Positions 9,522-17,958 of a DNA stretch of 39,358 nucleotides are shown in pieces. Origin of the DNA: an uncultured archaeon. GTDB lineage: Archaea > Asgardarchaeota > Lokiarchaeia > Sigyniarchaeales > SOKP01. The position numbers and the translations under genes are program-made. The stretch spans positions 1 to 39,358 of the forward strand of contig CAYZTE010000005.1 of NCBI GenBank assembly GCA_964481225.1, in the 5' to 3' direction. Under the pieces are notes generated by a model. That model was given only the letters and a program-made list of their open reading frames with translations. It did not search any database and was not told the origin of the DNA. Numbering within the stretch: position 1 is the stretch's first letter; every line of letters begins with the position of its first letter.

Positions 9522-10784
9522 ATGACATTGACAGAAGACACAATTATTGGTCTTGATTATAGCCATAACAATATTTTAACGATTGAAGCTTCAAGTTTTA
9601 GTGAATTTACGCAATTTTTATTTAATTCTGGATATAAAATTGGAAAAGTTGAGTCGGGATTTAACTCACTGAGTGATTTAAAGAAATATAAAACAATAAT
9701 ACTTTCAACACCAAGAAATGCAAGTTTGAAGGCTAATGAAATAGATATTCTTAAGAAATACGTAAAAAGTGGAGGAGGTCTTTTAATAACTAGCTCTAGT
9801 GGTGGAGATTATACAAACAATACAAATCTAAATGATTTAACGCGAAATTTTGGATTTGAATTTGTACCAGATGAGATAAATGATTCAGTGAATTTTATTC
9901 ACCTTCAAAAAAGACCAATTATTACATCATTTAAACCGCATGTTATAACCGAAGAGATTAATAAAATTGTCTTTTCGAGTTCATGTTCAACCCGAATTTT
10001 AGATTTTTTAGAAGATGATAAAAACATAAAAATTGATGGGATTTTAATCTCTGGATTAAATTGTTGGCATAAGAAATATGATGGAGAAGATTGGATTGAA
10101 GAAGATTACCCTAAAATTCCATTATTAGTCGCTGTGGAATATTATGCAGGAAAAGTAATAGCATTTGGCAATATAAGCATATTTTCTTCTCTTGCAAGAG
10201 AATATGGATTTACTGCCCTTGATAACGATATATTAATCGCCAATATTTTAAGTTGGTTGTCTGGTGGCATAGAATCTGAGGGGAAACTGGTAACAGTTGA
10301 TTTGAATTTGGATTTATACTATTGGGCAGAAAGCATAGTTAAAGAAGAAAAATGGGTAAATATATCAGATCTTGTCAATGTTGGATTAAAATATTTTAAA
10401 GATAATTATCAAGGAATTATAGAAGAGATTCAAAAAATTAGGGAACGGAAATTAGAAAGGAAAATGGCTTATGAAAAAGCTGAAAAAGAAGCGGAAGAAA
10501 TTATAGCTGAAGAAAAAATCCTTGAAAAAGTTCCGATACATGAGAGAAAGAAAGAAGATCTCGAGGAAATAATCAGTGCTTTGGAAGAGGTCACTGGAGA
10601 GAAATATGAGATCTCTATAGATTTAGATGAAGTGGAAGAAGAAACGACTGAAGTAAAACCTTCTTTAGAGTATACAGATGAAGATATAGAAGAATTTGAA
10701 AAAGGTTATCCTAAAAAGGCAATTTGGCATGGAAAACCAACAAAAGCTTTTAAGGAGTGGTTCGAAAAGAAGTATGAAAACTAA
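9522..10784 (+). CDS. GIFT/DUF4350 (IFT52/GldG-like, class I GATase-like fold) domain + RHH-like segment + acidic tail
   Basis: LDYSHNN, EIDILKKYVKSGGGLLI, NLNDLTRNFGFEF, H.ITEEI, GKVIAFG and DNDILIANILSWL fit the GIFT/DUF4350 pattern. LVTVDLNLDLYYWAESIVKEEKWVNISDLVNVGL resembles a ribbon-helix-helix. Confidence 0.6.
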   Translation: MTLTEDTIIGLDYSHNNILTIEASSFSEFTQFLFNSGYKIGKVESGFNSLSDLKKYKTIILSTPRNASLKANEIDILKKYVKSGGGLLITSSSGGDYTNNTNLNDLTRNFGFEFVPDEINDSVNFIHLQKRPIITSFKPHVITEEINKIVFSSSCSTRILDFLEDDKNIKIDGILISGLNCWHKKYDGEDWIEEDYPKIPLLVAVEYYAGKVIAFGNISIFSSLAREYGFTALDNDILIANILSWLSGGIESEGKLVTVDLNLDLYYWAESIVKEEKWVNISDLVNVGLKYFKDNYQGIIEEIQKIRERKLERKMAYEKAEKEAEEIIAEEKILEKVPIHERKKEDLEEIISALEEVTGEKYEISIDLDEVEEETTEVKPSLEYTDEDIEEFEKGYPKKAIWHGKPTKAFKEWFEKKYEN

Positions 10785-10870
10785 ATTTTTAGGATTAAAG
10801 CCTTAGATAACCGATAAATAGAAATTTAACTTTACATTTTTTATCTTTAAGAATTTAATTTATTCTACTT

Positions 10871-12280
10871 ATGGAAAGATTTGTATTTGTATTAGGATCA
10901 AATTGGCAACTCTCAATTGCTGAGCTCGAAAATTTCCTGAAAAATTCCACAAATAAGGGAAAAATTGTCGATTATTCAGCCAATATTGCTGTTGTAGAAT
11001 TTGAGAATTTACATAAGGATAGACATTATGTTAATAGACTAATGGAAATACAATTCAATTTAGGGGGATGTCAAAAAATTGCAAAAATTTTTGATTTCAT
11101 AGATATTCAAACAATTCATGATGCTTTTCCCTCAAAAATAGAAAATTATAAGCAGGTAGAAAGAAAGAGAAGAAAAATTTTGGATATAATTGAAAATATT
11201 CTTATCGGCAAAAATGGAATCTTTCCTAAGGTATATGAAAGCATATTTTTTGCCATCTCTATTTATCCCAATCTTTATGATGAGGAATATTATTCAAAAA
11301 TAATAGTGAAACACTTATTACCTTTTCTTAATAAAAGAATAATGGAAATTTTAAAACAAAAAGGAACTATTAAGGCATTATATTACGAATATCCTGAAAA
11401 AAACATAAAAAACGGAAACTTAAATCCAATATTTCCACATCATGTAATAAAATATGAATTACTCAATGAAAATAGGGCAGAAATCATATTTGGCTTTACT
11501 GAAGAAGGAGTTTATATTGCAAGAACATTTACCGTTGATGATCCGAATTTTAAAAAAAAAATTGATGAAGAAAAACCGTTTAAAGAATTTAGAAGTTCAA
11601 TTTCTCCTAAATTGGCATTAATCATGCTAAATTTTCTGAACCTATTTGAGAAGAGGGAAAACAAGAAAATAATTGATCCATTTGTTGGGAATGGTACAGT
11701 ACTTTTATTCGCTTTATTACAAGATTTTCAAATTTATGGGTCGGACATAGAAGAGAAAAAGGTAAACAACACGATTCGCAATTTATATTGGTTATTGGGA
11801 GTATTGGAAGAGGAAATTCCTCCCTTTCTCAATAAAAAAATTTTAACTACTGATGTGAAGAATTTATCTAATTTTTTTGAGAGTGAGTTTTTCGATGGTA
11901 TCTGTACTGAACCTGAATTAGGACCATTTTATCTTGATAAGCCTTATTACTTTCAAGCTAAAGAATTAATAGACGCGAAATTAGAACCTTTATATGACAA
12001 TTTCTTTAGAGAAGCTCGTGAAATATTAAAATCTAAGGGTAGGATCAGTTTTATTTCCCCGGTTATTAGCACGATAGATGGAAAAGATGTTCAATTGAAT
12101 ATAGAAAAAATTGCAATCAAACATAATTTTACGCTGGTGCCAATTCTAGATACTTATCGAATCAACAGTAAATCTAATCAAAAACTCCAATTCCGTAAGA
12201 AACGCATAAATAATATGATAGATGCGAAAAAAGGTCAAATTATTAAAAGAAAACTGTACATTTTCGAAAAAAGTGAGTAA
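10871..12280 (+). CDS. Trm11/TrmG10-like tRNA (m2G10) methyltransferase
   Basis: N-terminal LSIAELE, SISPKLALIMLN, IIDPFVGNGT SAM motif, GSDI and a TEPELG variant of the DPPY motif. Confidence 0.7.
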   Translation: MERFVFVLGSNWQLSIAELENFLKNSTNKGKIVDYSANIAVVEFENLHKDRHYVNRLMEIQFNLGGCQKIAKIFDFIDIQTIHDAFPSKIENYKQVERKRRKILDIIENILIGKNGIFPKVYESIFFAISIYPNLYDEEYYSKIIVKHLLPFLNKRIMEILKQKGTIKALYYEYPEKNIKNGNLNPIFPHHVIKYELLNENRAEIIFGFTEEGVYIARTFTVDDPNFKKKIDEEKPFKEFRSSISPKLALIMLNFLNLFEKRENKKIIDPFVGNGTVLLFALLQDFQIYGSDIEEKKVNNTIRNLYWLLGVLEEEIPPFLNKKILTTDVKNLSNFFESEFFDGICTEPELGPFYLDKPYYFQAKELIDAKLEPLYDNFFREAREILKSKGRISFISPVISTIDGKDVQLNIEKIAIKHNFTLVPILDTYRINSKSNQKLQFRKKRINNMIDAKKGQIIKRKLYIFEKSE

Positions 12281-12282
12281 AA

Positions 12283-12948
12283 ATGAATTATAGAGAGGTT
12301 TTAGATGAAATTGAAATAGCTTTAGAAGGAGAGGCTCACTTAGATGAATTGGCTAAAAAGAAGCAAGATCCTTTTAGAATTCTCATCTCAACAATTTTAT
12401 CGGCACGAACAAAAGATGTAAATACTAGGATTGCAACTGATAAGCTATTTGCGAAATACGATACGCTAAAATTGATTGCTGAGGCAAATATAAATGAGTT
12501 AGAGGATCTTATCAAATGTTCAGGATTTTATAAAGTTAAAGCTGCTCGAATAAAAGAAGTGTCAAGGGTGTTATTGGAAAAATATGACGGGAAAGTTCCC
12601 GATGATTATGATAAGTTAATGGATTTACCAGGTGTAGGATCCAAAACTGCGAACTGCGTATTGGTGTATGCGTTCAAGGTTCCAGCTATCCCAGTAGACA
12701 CTCACGTGCATAGGATAAGCAATCGTTTGGGATGGGTGAAAACTAAGAATCCTAACAAAACAGAACAAGCTTTAAAAGAAGAAATACCCAAAGACCTATG
12801 GATAAAATTAAACCGATTATTTGTCAGGTTTGGACAGCAAATTTGTTTACCAATTCGTCCCAAATGTCAGACATGTCCTATAAATGATACATGTCCTAAA
12901 GATTTCTCAATGGAAATCGAAATTAAAAGGAAAAGGAAAAGATCTTAA
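12283..12948 (+). CDS. nth: Endonuclease III (HhH-GPD glycosylase/AP lyase with 4Fe-4S cluster)
   Basis: PFRILISTILSART, LPGVGSKTA, PVDTHVHRISNRLG and the C-x6-C-x2-C-x5-C cluster. Confidence 0.95.
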   Translation: MNYREVLDEIEIALEGEAHLDELAKKKQDPFRILISTILSARTKDVNTRIATDKLFAKYDTLKLIAEANINELEDLIKCSGFYKVKAARIKEVSRVLLEKYDGKVPDDYDKLMDLPGVGSKTANCVLVYAFKVPAIPVDTHVHRISNRLGWVKTKNPNKTEQALKEEIPKDLWIKLNRLFVRFGQQICLPIRPKCQTCPINDTCPKDFSMEIEIKRKRKRS

Positions 12949-13532
12949 TAAATTACTCTAATCTTTTTTTTCCTTACATAAATTAAGTAACCAAAAAGAA
13001 ATCCCCCAAGTAGACCAAATAGGTGAGCCCATATGTTAATTCCTGGTTCTAAGGAGGCAACAATGAAAAATAAGATATAAAATGATGCAAAAAGTAAGAG
13101 TTGAGGAGATTCTGTCACGAGCATGACAAATGCCACTCCTATTAATCCAAATATGGCTCCAGAAGCTCCTAAACTAATAGTATTTTTGGATAAAAGGATT
13201 AATGAAAACAAATTCCCAATCACTCCTGAGGTTAAATAAATCACTAAGTACACTATTTTAGACACGCTTCGATCATTTTCTACAACAGCTCCAAAAATTA
13301 GTAAAGCTATCATGTTTGAAAATAGGTGCATGAAGTCTATATGAATAAATATTGAGGTTACGAGTCTCCAAATTTCAAATTCATTGATGATATTGCTATT
13401 TATTTGAACAAAATATAGGAAAGAATCAGCGGGTAATAAAAATCTAAAAGAGATATAACTGAAAATGTTAATGAAAATTAACGTTAACGTGATCCTAGCA
13501 TTTCTCAAATTCTCGGCTTCTAAAACAAACAT
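12945..13532 (-). CDS. Rhomboid-family intramembrane serine protease
   Basis: WRLVTSIFIH, HLFSNM, catalytic Ser in GASGAIFG and catalytic His in AHLFGLLGG. Confidence 0.93.
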   Translation of the reverse strand: MFVLEAENLRNARITLTLIFINIFSYISFRFLLPADSFLYFVQINSNIINEFEIWRLVTSIFIHIDFMHLFSNMIALLIFGAVVENDRSVSKIVYLVIYLTSGVIGNLFSLILLSKNTISLGASGAIFGLIGVAFVMLVTESPQLLLFASFYILFFIVASLEPGINIWAHLFGLLGGFLFGYLIYVRKKKIRVIY

Positions 13533-13644
13533 TCTAAGAAAAATTTAGTAATTCTAATACTATTGTAACAGTTCAAAATTATTATAATAAAGTATAATAA
13601 TTGGTTTTTATATTATTTTTTTAACATTATTAGTTGATAAAAAA

Positions 13645-14865
13645 TTGGATAGAGACGAAAAATTAAGAGAAAGAATAAAGACAAAGAAAAAACGTTTATT
13701 AGATTTGTTGATCTTAAACGAAATCTTAAAGGATAAACGATTAATTAAAGCGTTCATAGAAGTTCCTTTAGAAAAATTCATTCCTGATAAGTACATTAAT
13801 GTTGTTAAGCTTTATGAAGATGTACCAAACCTCTTTTACTATGATGAACACAACCCTAGAAACTATAGAACAATTTCTGCCCCTCACATGATTTCAATAA
13901 TGCTACAAGGGTTAGCTTTAGATACAAACGATGATTTATTAATATTAGGCGCTAAGAGTGGATATATCGCAGCTCTTGCCCATAAATTAGCCCCAAAGGG
14001 TGAAATCGTGATTCTAGAAGCTAATTCGGAAATTGCGAAGATTACATCCGATAATTTAAAGAAATTGAATTTAGATGATAATATTACCATTATTCTTAAA
14101 AATCCTCTTGATGGAATGCCAGAATTAAGCCCATGGCAAAAAATTTTAGTGACCGGAGCAATTGAACAATCAAAAATTCATGCTCTATTAAATCAACTAG
14201 ATGAAAATGGAGGAGTATTATTTGCACCTATTGGACTAGAATTTGTTCAAACATATACACAAATATTAAGGCAAAATGATGAATTTTATGGAAAAAAACA
14301 ATTACAGGTTAAATTTTCTCCGTTAATCACGCAAGTTGAATTAGATGATATTGAATTGATAACTGATTTAGAAGAATTTGAAATAAAGGATGACCCGATG
14401 AAAGTGGATGAGACTTTAAAGCCTTTTACTCAAAAATTAAACATCAAGTACACAAAAGATATACTGGATGATGTAATTCCTGAACAACCCGTTAAAATTG
14501 AAGCTGTGGATAAAAAGGAATTAGATCTTATACTATCTTTCTTAGTTGGAATAGAGAAGAATGTTAAAAATTTAAAAAAAGAGGAAGACATTGATAATTG
14601 TTTTAATTGTGTTGATGAAATAGAAATTTATCTCAATAATCTTAAGAAGTATAAAAAATCATTTGAAATAAAGATAAAAAGGATGCAGAACCTACTGAAT
14701 CAAATCAGATCTTGCAATATTGTAAGAAAAGAATTAGAAAAGAAAGCATTTTCGGATTCACAAGTCATTGATAAGAAAATTGATATAATTAATAAACAGC
14801 TTGAGCACGTAGATGATTTTCTCGAACTTCTTAGAAAAGAGATAAGAAAAATCAAATCAATATGA
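13645..14865 (+). CDS. pcm: Protein-L-isoaspartate O-methyltransferase-like protein with a long helical C-terminal extension
   Basis: AFIEVPLEKF, TISAPHM, degenerate motif I LILGAKSGYIAAL, ILVTGA and LLNQLDENGG.L.APIG, followed by about 180 extra residues. Confidence 0.75.
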   Translation: MDRDEKLRERIKTKKKRLLDLLILNEILKDKRLIKAFIEVPLEKFIPDKYINVVKLYEDVPNLFYYDEHNPRNYRTISAPHMISIMLQGLALDTNDDLLILGAKSGYIAALAHKLAPKGEIVILEANSEIAKITSDNLKKLNLDDNITIILKNPLDGMPELSPWQKILVTGAIEQSKIHALLNQLDENGGVLFAPIGLEFVQTYTQILRQNDEFYGKKQLQVKFSPLITQVELDDIELITDLEEFEIKDDPMKVDETLKPFTQKLNIKYTKDILDDVIPEQPVKIEAVDKKELDLILSFLVGIEKNVKNLKKEEDIDNCFNCVDEIEIYLNNLKKYKKSFEIKIKRMQNLLNQIRSCNIVRKELEKKAFSDSQVIDKKIDIINKQLEHVDDFLELLRKEIRKIKSI

Positions 14866-14922
14866 TAAATCTAAAAAAGTTTATTTTAAAAATCATACAG
14901 ATTTAAAAAAAATAAAAAGTTT

Positions 14923-15435
14923 TTACTTTTTTAAAAATTCTAAAACAGCTCGCATAAAAACGGGTAAATCAGCAGGCATTCTTGAAGTTATTAAGTTATT
15001 ATCAACTACAACAGGAGAATCTTCAAAATTAGCTCCTGCATTTATCATATCATCTTTTATTGCAAAATAACTAGTTGCCTTACGGTTTCTTATAACTTTA
15101 GCGGAAATTAAAACCCAACCAGCATGACAGATGGCTGCAACTAATTTTTGGGCTTCATTAATTTTTGCAACAAAATCTAATACATCCTTATCTCTCCTTA
15201 GATAATCAGGATTTTTTGTGCCACCTGGTATTATGACTCCATCATAATCGGTAGGATTTGCATCTCTAATTAACTTATCTGGCTTGATGGGGTATCCATG
15301 TTTCCCTTTAATTTCTCTTCTATGCAAGCTGATTAGTTCTGTTTCATATCCGGCTTCGTTTAATCTTATTCGAGGGTAATGAAGCTCAAGATCTTCATAT
15401 CCATCAGTGGCAATTATAGCGATTTTCTTAACGAT
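14923..15435 (-). CDS. pfpI: PfpI/DJ-1 family type 1 glutamine amidotransferase-like protease/deglycase (start extended to ATC)
   Basis: IIPGG, AICHA nucleophile and LITSRMPADL. The frame stays open upstream of the track's TTG through VKKIAIIATDGYEDLELHYPRIRL to an ATC 7 nt after GGTGA, giving 170 aa. Confidence 0.85.
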   Translation of the reverse strand: MVKKIAIIATDGYEDLELHYPRIRLNEAGYETELISLHRREIKGKHGYPIKPDKLIRDANPTDYDGVIIPGGTKNPDYLRRDKDVLDFVAKINEAQKLVAAICHAGWVLISAKVIRNRKATSYFAIKDDMINAGANFEDSPVVVDNNLITSRMPADLPVFMRAVLEFLKK

Positions 15436-15491
15436 TTTTTTTTCACCTTTTATTATTATTGATATTTCTTGGATTAATAATGAATAGAAAT

Positions 15492-16148
15492 TTAAGAAAT
15501 CAATCCAAAATTTATAGCTCCAATATACAAGACTAAGATCGCAATTATTATAAATAGAGAATTGTAAGGTGGTGATATTATTCTATAAGGGATTTTTTTC
15601 TTGTAGTTTTGGTATTGCATTCCAAATTTTGGAATAAGGATGTATTTCTCTTTAAGAATTGCTTCTATTTCTGTAAGGAGAATTAAAATTGGAGAAAAAA
15701 TTAAACCGATTAAAGAATCAAATACAAATACGAACCCTAGAAAAATTAGGAACCAAGCTGAATAAATTGGATGCCTTATTATTTGATATACACCTTTGGT
15801 GATTAATTTCTGATTCTTACTATTTTCTCTATTCGTTTTCAATGTGGTTCTTGCTAAAGAATTAAGTCTAATTGCTATCCCTATAAAAAGCAAACCAATT
15901 AATAGAAACCATATCCAATACAGGTAAAAATAGCTTATATTCTCTTTGAACCATTGAAAATGGCCAGAATTGACAATAGGAATTGAACATGAGCTTACAA
16001 TCCATATTTTGGAATGAAATCTCCTGCACTGGATTTTGAATTTACTTCTAGGGTTTTTAATTTTTAAGGATACTATCCAATATACCATAAAATTTATTAA
16101 AAAAATGAGAACAAAGATAAGGGCAATTATGATCAAAAAAATCATCAA
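15492..16148 (-). CDS. Isoprenylcysteine carboxyl methyltransferase / PEMT (Ste14-like) family membrane protein
   Basis: LITKGVYQIIRHPIYS signature, KE..L..KFG.QY.NYKK and multiple TM segments. Confidence 0.8.
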   Translation of the reverse strand: MMIFLIIIALIFVLIFLINFMVYWIVSLKIKNPRSKFKIQCRRFHSKIWIVSSCSIPIVNSGHFQWFKENISYFYLYWIWFLLIGLLFIGIAIRLNSLARTTLKTNRENSKNQKLITKGVYQIIRHPIYSAWFLIFLGFVFVFDSLIGLIFSPILILLTEIEAILKEKYILIPKFGMQYQNYKKKIPYRIISPPYNSLFIIIAILVLYIGAINFGLIS

Positions 16149-16214
16149 ATTATCCGATAATAGTTAGTTCCATTTTGATTGATATATTGTATAATTATTA
16201 TTTTTTAAATTAAT

Positions 16215-17303
16215 TTATTGAAACTTCTCATAGTTTCCATACTTTCTTGCAGCATTTATAAAGGCACTCACATTTTCAAGCGGGATTTCCTTAAAAATTA
16301 CCGTGCTAGGATCTAAAATAAAATGCCTGTTTTCTTTAAAAATATTTATTAAATTTCTTACATGGTCGTTGACTTGTTTTTGAGTACCAAAAGGTAAGAT
16401 GTGACTAACATCTCCAAATCCAATTATAACAAATTCGGGGAATTGTTCATTAATGACTCGTGGGTCTGCTCCACCTTCCCAACCTTGTAATCCACGAAAA
16501 CCAGCTTTCTGAAGAGAGGGAATCAACTCCGTTACATCACCATCAGAATGAATTTGAGGAATTAAGTTAGCATCTGAGATTATCGAAGTTATTTCTTTAT
16601 AACGGGGTAAGAAATCTTGGTTCCAACGTTCAACAGAAATCATAAGTCGCCCCTTAAAGGCAACATCATCCAATACATTTACAACTTTTCCCTTTCCTCC
16701 TGTTGCTTCAATCAAACCCTCAACATTAATTTTAGTAATCTTCGCATAGAACTTTATCAATTGCCTATATAGTCTCGTATTTTTTTGAAAATTACGACTA
16801 AATGTATCCATTCCCATGCTTTTCCAGACTTTATCAAATATTCCATCAACCATTAAAACTGGAAAAATGTAAGGCGCTAATTTTTCATAACGTTTAATTG
16901 TTTTTTTAAGTAAGACATTATTATCTATTTGTTTAAAATTTGCGTATAATTCGTCTAAAATTTCAAAAGATTTTATAAAGCCTCCTTCATAGTAAGTAGA
17001 CTTACGCCTTGTTGCCTGGCCATTCTCGCGTATTCTAATTGCTTTTCCCTTATCATCCTTTATTTTGATAGATTTAACGTGAAAGCTTGGTGGGAATGGA
17101 GCAAAAATAGAATCAAATCCCAGGGCGCAAGGAACATCATAGTATAAGTTGTTAAATAATTCTCCAAAATAATTACTAAGAATTACATCTTTATGCTTAT
17201 CGATAAAGCCTTCTCTTATATATTGAACATGAGTAGGAACTCTATCTAACTTTTTCCGTTCCATTTCATCAAAAACAGCAAGATAACGCTCCCGGGCATT
17301 CAT
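16215..17303 (-). CDS. Uroporphyrinogen decarboxylase / MtaA-CmuA superfamily protein
   Basis: MNARERYLAVF..DRVP, LDDVAFK..LMIS, IHSDGDV, FGT..QV and PLENV. Substrate unknown. Confidence 0.8.
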   Translation of the reverse strand: MNARERYLAVFDEMERKKLDRVPTHVQYIREGFIDKHKDVILSNYFGELFNNLYYDVPCALGFDSIFAPFPPSFHVKSIKIKDDKGKAIRIRENGQATRRKSTYYEGGFIKSFEILDELYANFKQIDNNVLLKKTIKRYEKLAPYIFPVLMVDGIFDKVWKSMGMDTFSRNFQKNTRLYRQLIKFYAKITKINVEGLIEATGGKGKVVNVLDDVAFKGRLMISVERWNQDFLPRYKEITSIISDANLIPQIHSDGDVTELIPSLQKAGFRGLQGWEGGADPRVINEQFPEFVIIGFGDVSHILPFGTQKQVNDHVRNLINIFKENRHFILDPSTVIFKEIPLENVSAFINAARKYGNYEKFQ

Positions 17304-17468
17304 GTGTACCTTAAATGTAAAAATTGAAAGTCTTAAATAATTAAAATTTAAGATCCTATTAATTTCATTTTAAACTATTAAATATTAAATAACTTTCAAA
17401 TCTAAATTGAATATATTTAAAATCTAGTTTTTAATTTAACATAAAATAATCTAATTAAGGTAATTAGA

Positions 17469-17819
17469 ATGGAAGAAGAAGATAAATTAAGTAGAGATGA
17501 ACTTGAATTATTCTACGAGGTCTTATTTAAACGAATCATGGAAATCATGAAAACCACCGAAGTAGATTTAGATCCATTTGGAGAAATGATAAACAGATTA
17601 TCCGTGTTATCAGGCATCTTTTCATTTAGAGGAATGGTTACTCTAATTCCAGAACTAGTTGCATATGCAATTCGGTATGGCATGATGGTGGAGAAAGCGT
17701 ATGAAGCGGAACAATTGAAGTTAGACGAAGATATACAAGGATTAGATGTTGAGGAAGGACGCATGCAACGTGTAACCAGAATTAAAAAAGATATTGATAA
17801 ACTTAGTTTATATTTATAA
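17469..17819 (+). CDS. Hypothetical small acidic helical protein
   Basis: 116-aa ORF with an AAGGT-like RBS, protein-like composition and a T-run after the stop. Confidence 0.7.
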   Translation: MEEEDKLSRDELELFYEVLFKRIMEIMKTTEVDLDPFGEMINRLSVLSGIFSFRGMVTLIPELVAYAIRYGMMVEKAYEAEQLKLDEDIQGLDVEEGRMQRVTRIKKDIDKLSLYL

Positions 17820-17958
17820 ACTCTAACATTTTTTTTTGACATCCTATTGAATAAAAGATCTGGAATAAACCCATTTAAGAAAGGTTATCTTAAGAAGGAT
17901 CTATAGCTTGAAAAAATAGAAAAAAATAAAAATTTTTATTGACTTAAATTAAAAACAA

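Noticed and set aside
15328-15435. Internal frameshift in pfpI
   Set aside because: Manual translation shows the conserved N-terminus is in the same frame as the rest. Only the start codon is atypical.
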